A stretch of 64,000 nt of DNA, taken from NCBI GenBank assembly GCA_041665345.1, contig JBAYJA010000004.1, positions 48,122 to 112,121 on the forward strand, in the 5' to 3' direction. The translations under genes and the position numbers were made by a program. This DNA is from Patescibacteria group bacterium. Lineage in GTDB: Bacteria; Patescibacteriota; Patescibacteriia; PEXW01. Positions within the stretch are counted from its first letter, which is position 1. Every line of letters starts with the position of its first letter. The notes below the pieces were generated by a model. The model was not told the origin of the DNA and made no database searches. It worked only from the letters and a program-made list of their open reading frames with translations. Of the stretch, positions 1-9,600 are shown in pieces.

Positions 1-610
1 TGATCTCCGCATCTGCCTTGGCATACCAGCTGCTCTGCTTGGGGTGGCTGGGTGACGAAATGACGGGTGATTGTGGGGAGGCAACTGGCTCAGGCTCTGG
101 TTCGATTGGCGTGACGGCTACGGCTTTGGCAATAGCAATGGTTCCTGAACCATACCCCGTAAGCACGTTTGTCCCTTCCCCATCATTAGCCAGCACAAGC
201 CCAGAGGTGAAGCGTAACGCTGCAGTACCAACGGCTTTGGCTCGGAAGGTGACGCTGATAATACCGCCACTACTCCCAGAATATCCTGGGCTCGGTACCC
301 CGCCAGCAAAGCTCACTGTGCCGTTGGAGTTGGAGTAGGTGGGTTCCACTGTCCAGTACTTGAAGGTGCTGGCTTTTGCCACGCTGGTTACCTGCAGTTT
401 ATCTGCGGGGAAACTGAGCGTGCCTTGGCTAGCGTTAATTGCTACGCCGCCACTGTTCACGTACAGCGTGACGGTTTTGGTTGCCCCAACAGTCATGCTG
501 GACGTACTTGGGGACACGCCCAAAGTTGCGCCAGCGTGCGCACCCTGCGGCAGCCCGAAGCCAAAGCACAGAACCGTCACTGCAATGCTGGCGAAAAAGC
601 GTTTGTGCAT
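1..610 (-). CDS. Secreted cohesin-like domain protein, truncated by the window edge (third paralogue)
   Basis: Not in the ORF track. Read manually from ATG at 610: MHKRFFASIAVTVLCFGFGLPQGAHA-GATLGVSPS...VNSGGVAINASQGTLSFPADKLQV...WTVEPTYSNSNGTVSFAGGVPSPG...VTFRAKAVGTA...VLANDGEGTNVL...ISSPSHPKQSSWY. Open to base 1 and collinear with the two upstream paralogues. Confidence 0.85.
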   Translation of the reverse strand, partial: MHKRFFASIAVTVLCFGFGLPQGAHAGATLGVSPSTSSMTVGATKTVTLYVNSGGVAINASQGTLSFPADKLQVTSVAKASTFKYWTVEPTYSNSNGTVSFAGGVPSPGYSGSSGGIISVTFRAKAVGTAALRFTSGLVLANDGEGTNVLTGYGSGTIAIAKAVAVTPIEPEPEPVASPQSPVISSPSHPKQSSWYAKADAEI

Positions 611-614
611 ATAC

Positions 615-2117
615 CTACTGCTGCCCAGTTGGTGGACTTGTCCGTCCAAAGTCGTCATTCGACGACGCAGGCGGATGGAGAAAATCAGCTGGTTGCTCAG
701 GGGTTTGCGGAGGTTGCTGCGCTGATGCAGTCCCAACTCTGGATTGCAGGCTCCGCTGCAACTCCTGGGCCTCTTGTTGATGAGAAAACTGCTGCTCAAT
801 GGACGCCTCCAGAGAGTGCGCCGCCTGAATGGTACGGACCAATTCTGATTCCTTGCGTAACGTCTCCTGTTCCAATTTATGGATATCATGGATCACGTCA
901 CCTGCCCGCCGGCGCCAGCGAATGACCAGCCAGGTTGCAAGAACCAGCACCAGGAGCCCGGCAATAATAAGTGCTACGTTGGTGAAGAGGGTATTCTGCA
1001 GCAAAGGTGTGCGACCAATAATGGATCCGCTCTGCGCAGCCGCAACTGTGAAATCCAACTTCCCATCCGTGGAATTTCCCGCTTGGTCAAACGCCCGCAC
1101 CAACACTTGGTACCGACCGGCAGTCAGCTCTGGGAGACGAACTGGGCTCACCACTTCGGTGAAGAATGGGGTTGCTTGGTTTGGATCATCCAAGGCCAGG
1201 AGCTGCATTTCGTAGTGATCAATGCCAGACATGGCATCGGTGGTCAGGAACTTCAGCTCGGGTCGCTTGCCTGGTTCTGGCGTGGGGGGGTCAACCGTGG
1301 GGGTAAAGGCAGCTGGCGGCGTCCCATCAATGAGCACAGCACCGTGGCTGGTGCCGCCCCAGCTGGTTACTTTTGCGCGCAGGTGGAAGTACCACCGACC
1401 ATCTCGGTCAGCGGTGACCGAGGTGCTGCGTGCGGGCGTGGCATCTTGGCGTTCGGGTGGCGTGGTACGCGGGTTTTGATCAAAGACGTAACTGTACCCC
1501 ACGGCATTTGGGACTTCATCCCAGTTGTACTCCACGGTTCGGTTTTGGTACCACGTATTCTGGTCGGGGTGGGAAGGCGAGGAAAGCACTGGGCCTTCTG
1601 GTGCAGCCAAGTTCAGCGTAAAATTTGCATCCCCACGAGAGTTAAGAATATTCGTGCCTTGGCCATCATTCGCCAGCACTTGCGAAGCGCTGGTGAAAAC
1701 GAGCTTGGCCGTCCCAGGTGCAGTCACCCGGAAGGTAATGGTACTCATTACCCCGGCATCAGTTTTGATGCCCGGATTTGGCAAACCACCTTGGAAGGAA
1801 ATTGTGCCCGCGGTGTTGGAGTAGGTTGGCTGGCTTACCCAAATGGAAACGAAGGACGTGCCGGCTGATGGGTTCACCACTTGCAAGCGCGAGGCCGGAA
1901 AGGTAATGTCCGCCCGCACCGCATTTACGGATTTTCCACCCGTGTTCACCAAAACGGAGACGTTGAAGGTGCTCCCAACGGTAAATGCGCCGGTTGCGGG
2001 TGAGAAAAGCAAACTCGCCCCATCTGCGGCGTGCATGGAGTTTGGAAGAAAGTACAGCGTCAGGGCGAAGAACGCAATGATACTCGCTTTACGGATTGTG
2101 CTTTTTCGTACCTCCAT
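615..2117 (-). CDS. Membrane-anchored cohesin-like + Ig/FN3-like surface protein with cytoplasmic coiled-coil tail
   Basis: Signal peptide (..SMHA). Cohesin-like N-domain (VGSTFNVSVLVNTGGKSVNAVRADITFPASRLQV...ITFRVTAPGTAKLVF...VLANDGQGT), SSPSHPDQNTWY module, DAMSGIDHYE Ig module, TM helix followed by RWRRR, then a Q/E-rich tail. Confidence 0.8.
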   Translation of the reverse strand: MEVRKSTIRKASIIAFFALTLYFLPNSMHAADGASLLFSPATGAFTVGSTFNVSVLVNTGGKSVNAVRADITFPASRLQVVNPSAGTSFVSIWVSQPTYSNTAGTISFQGGLPNPGIKTDAGVMSTITFRVTAPGTAKLVFTSASQVLANDGQGTNILNSRGDANFTLNLAAPEGPVLSSPSHPDQNTWYQNRTVEYNWDEVPNAVGYSYVFDQNPRTTPPERQDATPARSTSVTADRDGRWYFHLRAKVTSWGGTSHGAVLIDGTPPAAFTPTVDPPTPEPGKRPELKFLTTDAMSGIDHYEMQLLALDDPNQATPFFTEVVSPVRLPELTAGRYQVLVRAFDQAGNSTDGKLDFTVAAAQSGSIIGRTPLLQNTLFTNVALIIAGLLVLVLATWLVIRWRRRAGDVIHDIHKLEQETLRKESELVRTIQAAHSLEASIEQQFSHQQEAQELQRSLQSRVGTASAQQPPQTPEQPADFLHPPASSNDDFGRTSPPTGQQ

Positions 2118-2147
2118 ACCCAGTAGTATAGCGCGTCTGCTCCAGTT

Positions 2148-3266
2148 TTACCGCTTCTTCCTTTGCACCCACCAGGCTGCTCCAAGAAGAGTGAGGGCAA
2201 TGACTGCGCCACCGCCAATCCACACCCACTGCGGCACGCCAGCTGCGGAAGCAGCAGGAATGAACGCCACCCGCACGTTCCCAGCTTGATCGTACGCACG
2301 GACGGTCAGTGTAAACCGTTGATGGACATCGCTCACCTGGTAGGGGCTTGCTGCTGGTTGAAATGCTCCATCCCCTTCCTGCACTTCGTATCGCTCTATC
2401 CCAGATGTACGATCCTCAGCTTGGAAAACCAAAGCGAGTTTGCCTGGAATGACGTCTCGCCTCAACTGCGGGGTAAAGGGCTCTGGCTGAGTGGTGTCAA
2501 TGAGTACCCGCCGCCGAACCAATGCACCCCACGTATCATTAGGTAGCTTTTCTTGGATGGTAAAGTAGTACGCACCGTCTGCCTGACTGGGAAATGTAGT
2601 CTCACCTACGAACCGGGCTTGCTGCACATCGGGCACTGCGTTGCGGTCGGTGGTGAGCAGAAACGCGTACGGTGTCTCCTTGGCCGCTTGCCACTGCATG
2701 CGCACGGTGCTGATGGCATACCACTGATGCTCATTGGGATGCGATGGTGAAGTAATGCCCAGGGTATCTGCAGTCACGACAACATCGACGTAGAGCGAGC
2801 GCAAACGGAGGGCAGCTTTCGTTCCCAGACCGTCATTCAGGTACACCCCAGCTGTTCCGCCATCAATGCTTAGTTGGGTAGTGCCAAGTTTCTTGGCCCG
2901 GAAAATGACCTGCAGTACCCGGCCGTCAATAACGTAACTCCCATTCGGAATCCCACCGGCAAAGGTAATCACTCCGGTTGCTGGATCGCTCTTTGGCTCT
3001 TCTGGCCAGAGCGAAAGCACAGAACCAGCTTTCTCCAGGCCAACTATTTCCAGAGCATGAGGATCGTACGTCAACCGCGCCTGCACAGCATTGATCACCT
3101 CTCTTTCGCTATCAACGCGCACTTCAACAATGAAGGTTTGGTCTTGCCCAACCTGCGGATTAGCGGTTTGAACAGTCAGAGTTGCTGCATGTGCAAGATT
3201 GGGCACACTGCACAGCAGGACCGCGCTCCAGAGCACAACGCCAATTCGCATGATATGTGTGCGCAT
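2148..3266 (-). CDS. Membrane-anchored cohesin-like + Ig-like surface protein
   Basis: Signal peptide (..LAHA). Cohesin-like domain (TFIVEVRVDS..INAVQARLTYDPHALEIV...VIFRAKKLG...YLNDGLGT), TSPSHPNEHQWY, DRTSGIERYE, C-terminal TM + RKKR. Confidence 0.8.
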   Translation of the reverse strand: MRTHIMRIGVVLWSAVLLCSVPNLAHAATLTVQTANPQVGQDQTFIVEVRVDSEREVINAVQARLTYDPHALEIVGLEKAGSVLSLWPEEPKSDPATGVITFAGGIPNGSYVIDGRVLQVIFRAKKLGTTQLSIDGGTAGVYLNDGLGTKAALRLRSLYVDVVVTADTLGITSPSHPNEHQWYAISTVRMQWQAAKETPYAFLLTTDRNAVPDVQQARFVGETTFPSQADGAYYFTIQEKLPNDTWGALVRRRVLIDTTQPEPFTPQLRRDVIPGKLALVFQAEDRTSGIERYEVQEGDGAFQPAASPYQVSDVHQRFTLTVRAYDQAGNVRVAFIPAASAAGVPQWVWIGGGAVIALTLLGAAWWVQRKKR

Positions 3267-3268
3267 AG

Positions 3269-4129
3269 CTATTTCGTTCCCGTCCAGAAGTAGAGCATGA
3301 CGCTGAAGTCAATGATGTTCACCGTGCCATCCTGGTTAATATCTGCCCTGGCATTTGCTGGATTCCGCTTATTCCAGTAGAACAGCAAAATACTGAAGTC
3401 TACCAAGTCCACTTTCCCATCACAGTTAATATCCCCTTTCGTCTTACCCGCGCAGAGTTCCGTAGTCGCTACCTGGAAAGCCACGGAGCGGCTGAATTCG
3501 GAAACTGACCCGTCTGGATCAGTGGCTTTGGACCGGACACTGTGCGAACCAATCTGCAAATCAGAAGCTTGGAACTGCTTTGACCAAGCACCTGCGGTTG
3601 AAGCTGATACCTGCGAGGAAGTTTCGGTTTCTGAACTCACGTAAATCTGCACCGTGCTGCTGGGGCTCGTTGTTCCAAAAACCGTGATGGTATCTCCCAA
3701 GCGCACTTCGGTTTTATCCGCGGCAATGGTGGGTCCCAAGAATATCCCGGTAATGGTCACGGAAGTTCCGGTTGCCAAGGTCAAAGTAAAATTCGAGGTT
3801 GGTCCGTCTCGGCCATCTTGGTCCACGCTGAAGACCCCAAATGTGTACGTTCCTGCGGTTAACCCACCAATGGTCACGTCAAAGCGTGCTTGCGGGTCAG
3901 CGGGCACTTGCACTGCAGTAACCCCATTTTGCAAAATCGTCACCGTCGACCCTGGGTAGGCAATACCTTTGAGGATGACAGACGTTGCCGTTGGTTCCGG
4001 TGGTGCAATACTGGGCACAGTTGCTGAAACGGAAACCGTAATGTCAGCATTGGCTGGCAGGACAAGCAAAGGAAAAACAAGAATCATCACTAGGAGTGAT
4101 CGGCCAAGAGTTCGCACCACAGGGCGCAT
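3269..4129 (-). CDS. Secreted Ig-like protein with C-terminal type I dockerin
   Basis: Likely start ATG 4129 (MRPVVRT.., signal peptide ending PANA). Duplicated Ca-binding dockerin repeat GDINCDGKVDLVDFSILLFYW / ADINQDGTVNIIDFSVMLYFW. Confidence 0.85.
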   Translation of the reverse strand: MRPVVRTLGRSLLVMILVFPLLVLPANADITVSVSATVPSIAPPEPTATSVILKGIAYPGSTVTILQNGVTAVQVPADPQARFDVTIGGLTAGTYTFGVFSVDQDGRDGPTSNFTLTLATGTSVTITGIFLGPTIAADKTEVRLGDTITVFGTTSPSSTVQIYVSSETETSSQVSASTAGAWSKQFQASDLQIGSHSVRSKATDPDGSVSEFSRSVAFQVATTELCAGKTKGDINCDGKVDLVDFSILLFYWNKRNPANARADINQDGTVNIIDFSVMLYFWTGTK

Positions 4130-4142
4130 GTATTCGTTCTGC

Positions 4143-5207
4143 TTATTCTCCCGTCGGCGGCGTCTTGGTTGACGCGCGTCGGCGAATCCAAGCATTGTAC
4201 TTCAGGATTGCAAAAATCAGCAGGAAGAGCACGACCAGCAACCCAACTCCGTACACCACCAAGACATGCCAAGGGAGTACCCAGAAGCTTATTGCAGCTG
4301 AGCTTTGCACACCCGCCGCGGGCACTGTGGTTGCCAGTTCTGACGTGGCTTGCCCCGTTCCAACAGACAGCGTTGCGGTGTACTTCCCAAGGGCAAAGTT
4401 CTTCCGTTCATTACGGAATGCAGTCCAGAAGCGGTTCCATCCATTGCCGTACAGATCTTCGTTCTGTCCGGTTTGCCAGGTCGTCTTGTACGTTCGGGAG
4501 GATTTGGGCAACGTTGCGCCTTTGGGTTCGTTGAAAGCCAAAAGGGCGGACTGCTTCTTCAAAGTGTTGGTGATGGTTACATTCCCTACTGGCTTGAGGT
4601 GAATATTCCCCGTATTCTGGTACACCGTGGTGAATTCAATTGGTAACTGAGTGAATGTATCCTTGGCAACAGAAAAGCTGGTAATTACCGCGCTCTCCTG
4701 CACATCACCCTCAACTTTAACGAATAGGAGGGTGCCAATCCCCTGCGCAACAGCCACTTGGGGCTTCGCGTTGCCTTCCGCGGTTGGCGGCGTGGTGGAA
4801 AAAGCAACCACACCGTAGTGACCACCCGGCCCAGCATTCGCGGGGACATCAACGGTTACCAAGACTGCTTGGCGACCCTGAGGTTCCAGGACGATTGGCG
4901 CGGGATCCAGTTTCACCCAGGTAGCAATGTCTTCCTTCGGTGCTGCAAAGTCATACACCGGTATTCCAGCTTCGGGACCTGAAGTAAACGTGGTGGTGTT
5001 GATGTACAGCACCTGCTTTTGGTCAGTTTCATTGTAGAGTTTCACCACAAAGTCAGCCTGATTCCCAGGCTGGGCGGTGAACTCAATGGAAGGCGGGCTA
5101 ATCGTCAACGCTTGGGCTGTAGTGATGCTCGTAAGCACACCAACAAAACCAAGGGTAACAACCAGGAAACCTCGAACCAAAAATGAAATTTTCTTTGCTC
5201 TTTCCAT
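4143..5207 (-). CDS. DUF916/DUF3324 (WxL-interacting)- or PapD-chaperone-like membrane-anchored protein
   Basis: Signal peptide, then LTISPP..., V.VPANAGPGGHYG, NTGNIHLKPVG motif, FWVLPW and a C-terminal TM helix. This two-beta-sandwich layout matches DUF916-type proteins. Confidence 0.7.
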   Translation of the reverse strand: MERAKKISFLVRGFLVVTLGFVGVLTSITTAQALTISPPSIEFTAQPGNQADFVVKLYNETDQKQVLYINTTTFTSGPEAGIPVYDFAAPKEDIATWVKLDPAPIVLEPQGRQAVLVTVDVPANAGPGGHYGVVAFSTTPPTAEGNAKPQVAVAQGIGTLLFVKVEGDVQESAVITSFSVAKDTFTQLPIEFTTVYQNTGNIHLKPVGNVTITNTLKKQSALLAFNEPKGATLPKSSRTYKTTWQTGQNEDLYGNGWNRFWTAFRNERKNFALGKYTATLSVGTGQATSELATTVPAAGVQSSAAISFWVLPWHVLVVYGVGLLVVLFLLIFAILKYNAWIRRRASTKTPPTGE

Positions 5208-5279
5208 GCGTTTATTTAGTCAAAAACTGCCCTCATAGTATACCACTTTTCCTGCCCACTCACTACTCCATCATACAAC

Positions 5280-5314
5280 TCGCCTGAAGCGTCAATAATC
5301 GAGGCTTCAGGCGA
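5280..5314 (-). terminator. Stem-loop downstream of the 363-aa subunit gene
   Basis: Inverted repeat TCGCCTGAAGC...GCTTCAGGCGA about 25 nt after the stop. U-tract is weak. Confidence 0.55.
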
Positions 5315-5339
5315 AGAGCGGTAAACGTCGAAAAGTCAG

Positions 5340-6431
5340 TTAGAAAGTGCCGGTTGCGATATAGGTAATCGCTGTGGAGTAGCTGCCGGCTTCTGTGGCC
5401 GCCGAAATATTCGCAATGTAGTGCGCGTCGATGGTCGCAGCTGCTGTAGGTCCGGCAATGGACAGGATAGCCGTGGTAGTGCCAGCAACGAACTTGAAGT
5501 TATTCGCGGACTCATCGTAGGCTGCGGTATCAGCAAAGGTGAAGGTAGCAGCGTTATCGTCAAAGCCTATTGCAAACTGCTCGGAGCCTGGGGTGCCATC
5601 CGCATCACCAGCAATGGTTGCTACGGAAATTGTGTCGCCACCGCTCGTCAGTGTGGCACCGGTGTACGTCAGGGCAACACCGTCTGTGGCATTTGTCCCT
5701 AATTGGAAGGTATGCGCAGCCTCTGGTGTAGTATCGCAGGCCGCAGGTGGTGTACCATTCGCCCAACACTCTTGCGTGGCATCCAAAACCCCAAACCCAA
5801 TGGCCACGTCCGAAATGGAGAAGGTGACGGATGGGTCAACCGTGGCGGTAACATTCACTGTATCATCATCCAGAATGGCAACTGCAAAAGAACCGCTGTC
5901 TGACGTGGTGGTGATGTCAATTTTGTAGACCGCTGCTGAGCTGGGATTGGTAATCTCGTTATTGTCGATGGTAAAGGCGATAGCACCAGCAGGAACCGTA
6001 TCGCCAGTGCAGACAGTTAACGTGTAACTTTCTCCTGGGGCACTCGCGTCAACGGATGGGTACACCTCATCTGTTGCACCAGCACATGCACCAATGTTTG
6101 CAACAATGGTCAAACCCGAAGCAGCCGAAAAATCCGTACTTGCAATAGTACCATCGAGAGTAAAGGAATCAGCCGCTGTGTCGAATGCGATAGTAATTGT
6201 CTGCGTGGCAGTGAGGTTCGTTGCGGTAGTAAAGGAAAAAGCATGCGTCCCAGCTACACTCTTCTCCAAACGGGACATGGTGTCCTTCATCCCGGTCAGT
6301 GCAGCTGCACCCACTGGCTGAATTGGCATAAAAAACCCAAGTACCCCAAGCACCGTAAAGAGCACAACGACGGTTCGGGTCGTGCCACGTTTCATGCCAC
6401 GTTTCATAAGTAGCTTGATGGGATTTTTCAT
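5340..6431 (-). CDS. Secreted T/A/D-rich beta protein, candidate major filament subunit (WxL/pilin-like C-terminal domain)
   Basis: Signal peptide. C-terminal ~160 aa (TFSISD...GDADGTPGSEQFA...AGSYSTAITYIATGTF) is clearly homologous to the C-terminus of the giant protein. Confidence 0.75.
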   Translation of the reverse strand: MKNPIKLLMKRGMKRGTTRTVVVLFTVLGVLGFFMPIQPVGAAALTGMKDTMSRLEKSVAGTHAFSFTTATNLTATQTITIAFDTAADSFTLDGTIASTDFSAASGLTIVANIGACAGATDEVYPSVDASAPGESYTLTVCTGDTVPAGAIAFTIDNNEITNPSSAAVYKIDITTTSDSGSFAVAILDDDTVNVTATVDPSVTFSISDVAIGFGVLDATQECWANGTPPAACDTTPEAAHTFQLGTNATDGVALTYTGATLTSGGDTISVATIAGDADGTPGSEQFAIGFDDNAATFTFADTAAYDESANNFKFVAGTTTAILSIAGPTAAATIDAHYIANISAATEAGSYSTAITYIATGTF

Positions 6432-6475
6432 AAAAATTTGCCTAAGGTAAAGACTTTTTATTTTTAACTATCTAC

Positions 6476-6504
6476 AGTATAACACAGTTTCTTGAAAAAA
6501 GCAA
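6476..6504 (-). promoter_or_regulatory. sigma70-type promoter for the subunit gene
   Basis: TTGCTT-17 nt-TATACT with a TG extension. Confidence 0.65.
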
Positions 6505-6516
6505 ATCCTACCCTTT

Positions 6517-6647
6517 TGTCATTCTGTGAGACGGAGTAGAGACTGTAGTCTCTCTGCAGATACAGACCAGAGGCTTCCGCCATAGGCGGATCTGCTGAGA
6601 AGTCTCTACTCCGATATATCATCATTCACGTAAGTCGAAGAATGACA
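6517..6647. repeat. Nested palindromic repeats: a TGTCATTCT..AGAATGACA element containing a GTAG-type REP doublet
   Basis: Outer IR at 6517-6525/6639-6647. Inner CGGAGTAGAGACT...AGTCTCTACTCCG at 6532-6613, whose right arm is interrupted by TCCGCCATAGGCGGA. Confidence 0.7.
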
Positions 6648-6655
6648 GCATATTC

Positions 6656-9600
6656 CTAGAACGTCGTCGTTGCAATGTACGTGACATTTGTACTGTATGC
6701 ACCCGCCGTCGTAGCACTGGAAATGTTACAGATGTAGTAAACACTAGCCGTCTCGATTACCGTAGACCCAGCTTCAGACATCAACGTGGTTGCAGTGCTG
6801 GGAACGAACGAATAATTGTCACTTGCTTTCTGGTACGCAGAGGGAATGGTTGCATTGCCATCTGTGGTTATTGATAAAGCAAATTGTTCACTACTTGGTG
6901 TGCCATCTGCATCTCCTGTAAAGGTTGCGGCAGTAATATCCTCGGGCCCTGACAGGGTAGACCCAAAGTAAGTTAATGCATACCCGCTCCGAGCATTGGT
7001 GGTCACGGCTAATGTATGTGCGGACACGGCACTGGCAGAGCCGGTTGCCGCCCCATTTGCCCAACGGGCTGCTGCAGAGGAAAGTGTCCCAAAGCCCACC
7101 GCGGTATCAGAAATGCTGAAAGTCAAAGTATTAATATTCCAGCATGGGTTGTTGGTCGAATCGTAGTTTGTACCGTCTGTGGCATCAATGTCATCCCCTG
7201 GGCAGGCATTGGAATCACGTACATCCGTATTGGAGACGGTTTGCGTTCCCAGGCTATTGAGGTCCCACAGGGTTCCTGTGGTTGACGAACGCAAGAACAC
7301 GCGTGTGCCAGTTGCTTGGCCGTTGAAGGCAATATTGTTGAATGTATACGTACCGCCGGCCAGGAAGCGCAGCTTCGTATTTGCTGTCTGCGCTGTGAAC
7401 GTTGCTGCAGTTTCTGCCGCAGCCGCAAAAATGACAGAGGGCGAAGTGACCGGATCCGCACCGGAGCTATTGGTAATAGTGAGGTTATTGAACCGATCAC
7501 TTGCACCAGTCAATTGCCCATCAACCGTTTGCTGAGCGGCGCCATCCAGGGTCACTGTCCCGGTGTTGTCCGTGAAATCACCATTGTTCGTCCAGTTCCC
7601 CGCAACCGTGAAACTTGCGGTTGATGATCCATTCAGCAGGCCTTTTGAGGTAATTGTTACTGCACCATTGGCATCAAGAATCCGATCATTGGTTTCATTA
7701 TCTAGCGTCGTCACATTCGAATCACTCGCGTTCCCAATCGTGAGCGTTCCCGAAACAATAACCTGCCCGGTTCCACCCGTAGCAAACGTAACCGTACGGT
7801 CTGTGGCGCCTGAGGTTTCAAAGGAAAGATTATTGAACGTCCAGTTATTTGCATTTGCTGTGCTGCCAAAATTTTTAGCAGCCGCAACCCGATGCAAAAA
7901 TGTGCCACCTGACCGGGTTACGGTTCCACCCCCAGCCAATGTGCCATACATGGTGATATCTGTTGCGCCCAGCAAGCTCCCGGCGGTCACCGTCAGATCA
8001 TTCCCCACAGTCATGGCGGTATTCGTGGTCCACTCCCCACCGCTGCCGTTGAATACGAGGTCGTAAAAGTCGTCAAGATCGCCCATTGTACCACCAATGG
8101 TATTTCCAGTATCGGTCGCGGTAAAGGTGACTGTCGCCGATCGGGCCGTAAAAGAATCGTTATTTGTCCAGTTATTGCCAACCGAGATGCTGTTACTCTC
8201 ACCAGTTTTCGTATCCAGAACCCCGCCGGTGATCGTAATGTTATTCGTAACAACCAGCGGGTCCTCCACTTCAACGGTGAGGGTGTACGTCCCACCACCG
8301 TCATTCACAATGACGTTGTAGGGGTTTCCAGTGCCAACGGTAATAAGGTCTGTGGTGGCATTTGCAACGACCGTACTTGCAAGCGTCATAGTCAACGTGG
8401 ACTGATCAGGCGTGAAGGTTCCACCAGTCTGTAGGTCGAATTTCCCATCCGTATCCATGAACGTTTCATCAGTTTCCACATCATCGGTAGCGTCCAACGT
8501 CCCAACGATGGTTATGCCGCCCGTGCCAATATCCAGGTCGTAACCATTCGTATTGAAGATATCACCCGTCGGGATGGTTACTGACTTTGCAGTAAAGTCA
8601 GAACCCAAGTCCGTCGTACCAGGCGACAACCCAACCTGCACATTGCCCATATCCTGTTTCGGTGAGGTGTTATCCGTGAAGGTCATCGGTGTAGGATTCC
8701 CATCCATGATTAGAATGCCAGAACCTGTAGCTGCAGTGAAAGTCGTTCCCGTTGCAATGGTGAAATTACCGTAAACTGTAAGGTTGGCATTTGCCGCCTG
8801 CGTAAAGCCTCCCCCCGTGATGTCGAACGTCTTATTCACCAACACTGCGTCTGCGGTGGCAACGCTTCCACCAGACACTTCAAACTTCTGCAGTTCGTTT
8901 CCCGCAGCGGTGAGCGTCTTGGACGTGCCGTTCATCTTCAGGGTATTGTCAGTGGACGCCGTGTACGTCCCCCCAGTGAAATCCACGTTCCCACTGACGG
9001 TCCACACCCCCGTGCCCGAGGTAATCACTTCGCTTCCACCTCCAGTACCGGTGAAGTCAACATCCCCACCCACCGTGACCGTCGGGTTATTCGAGGCGCC
9101 AATCAGTGTGGCATCTCCTACACCATCGGTAATCACGTAAAGGTGTGAACTTGCGCCGGAAAGGGTGAACGACCCAGTGGGGAAAGTGAAGGTTTTTGCC
9201 GTGCCACTATTGGTGAACAGCTCTACCCGTCCACCATACGTCCGCGCGTCCAGAGTCGTGGACGCAATGTTCGCTGACGAACCATCGTAACGGACAATAC
9301 TACTGAGGGTTCCGCCCGTCCCTGGACCGGATGAAGCGTCGGTGAACCGCAAGGTTCCATCCCCGCTTATGGTTCCCGTGGTATTAAGCGTCAGCGTTCC
9401 AGGCGCATTCACAATTCGACCGCTACCAATAGATAGAGTGTCGCCATCTGCCACATCGAGCGCGCCAGACACCGTGAGATCCGACGTGCTCACTGTTATT
9501 GTCCCTGTGGAAGCAGGATTAATAGTAAGGTTGTTGAAGGTGGTTGCCGTGGATCCAGTTAAACTGTTCGACGTACCGGTCATGGTTATGGTGGATGTGC

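Noticed and set aside
2148-2260. Sortase sorting signal on the cohesin protein
   Set aside because: A TM plus basic tail is present, but there is no LPxTG-like motif. It is read as a plain membrane anchor.
6383-6407. 12-bp tandem duplication (MKRG MKRG) in the subunit signal peptide
   Set aside because: In-frame, only two copies, no sign of phase variation.
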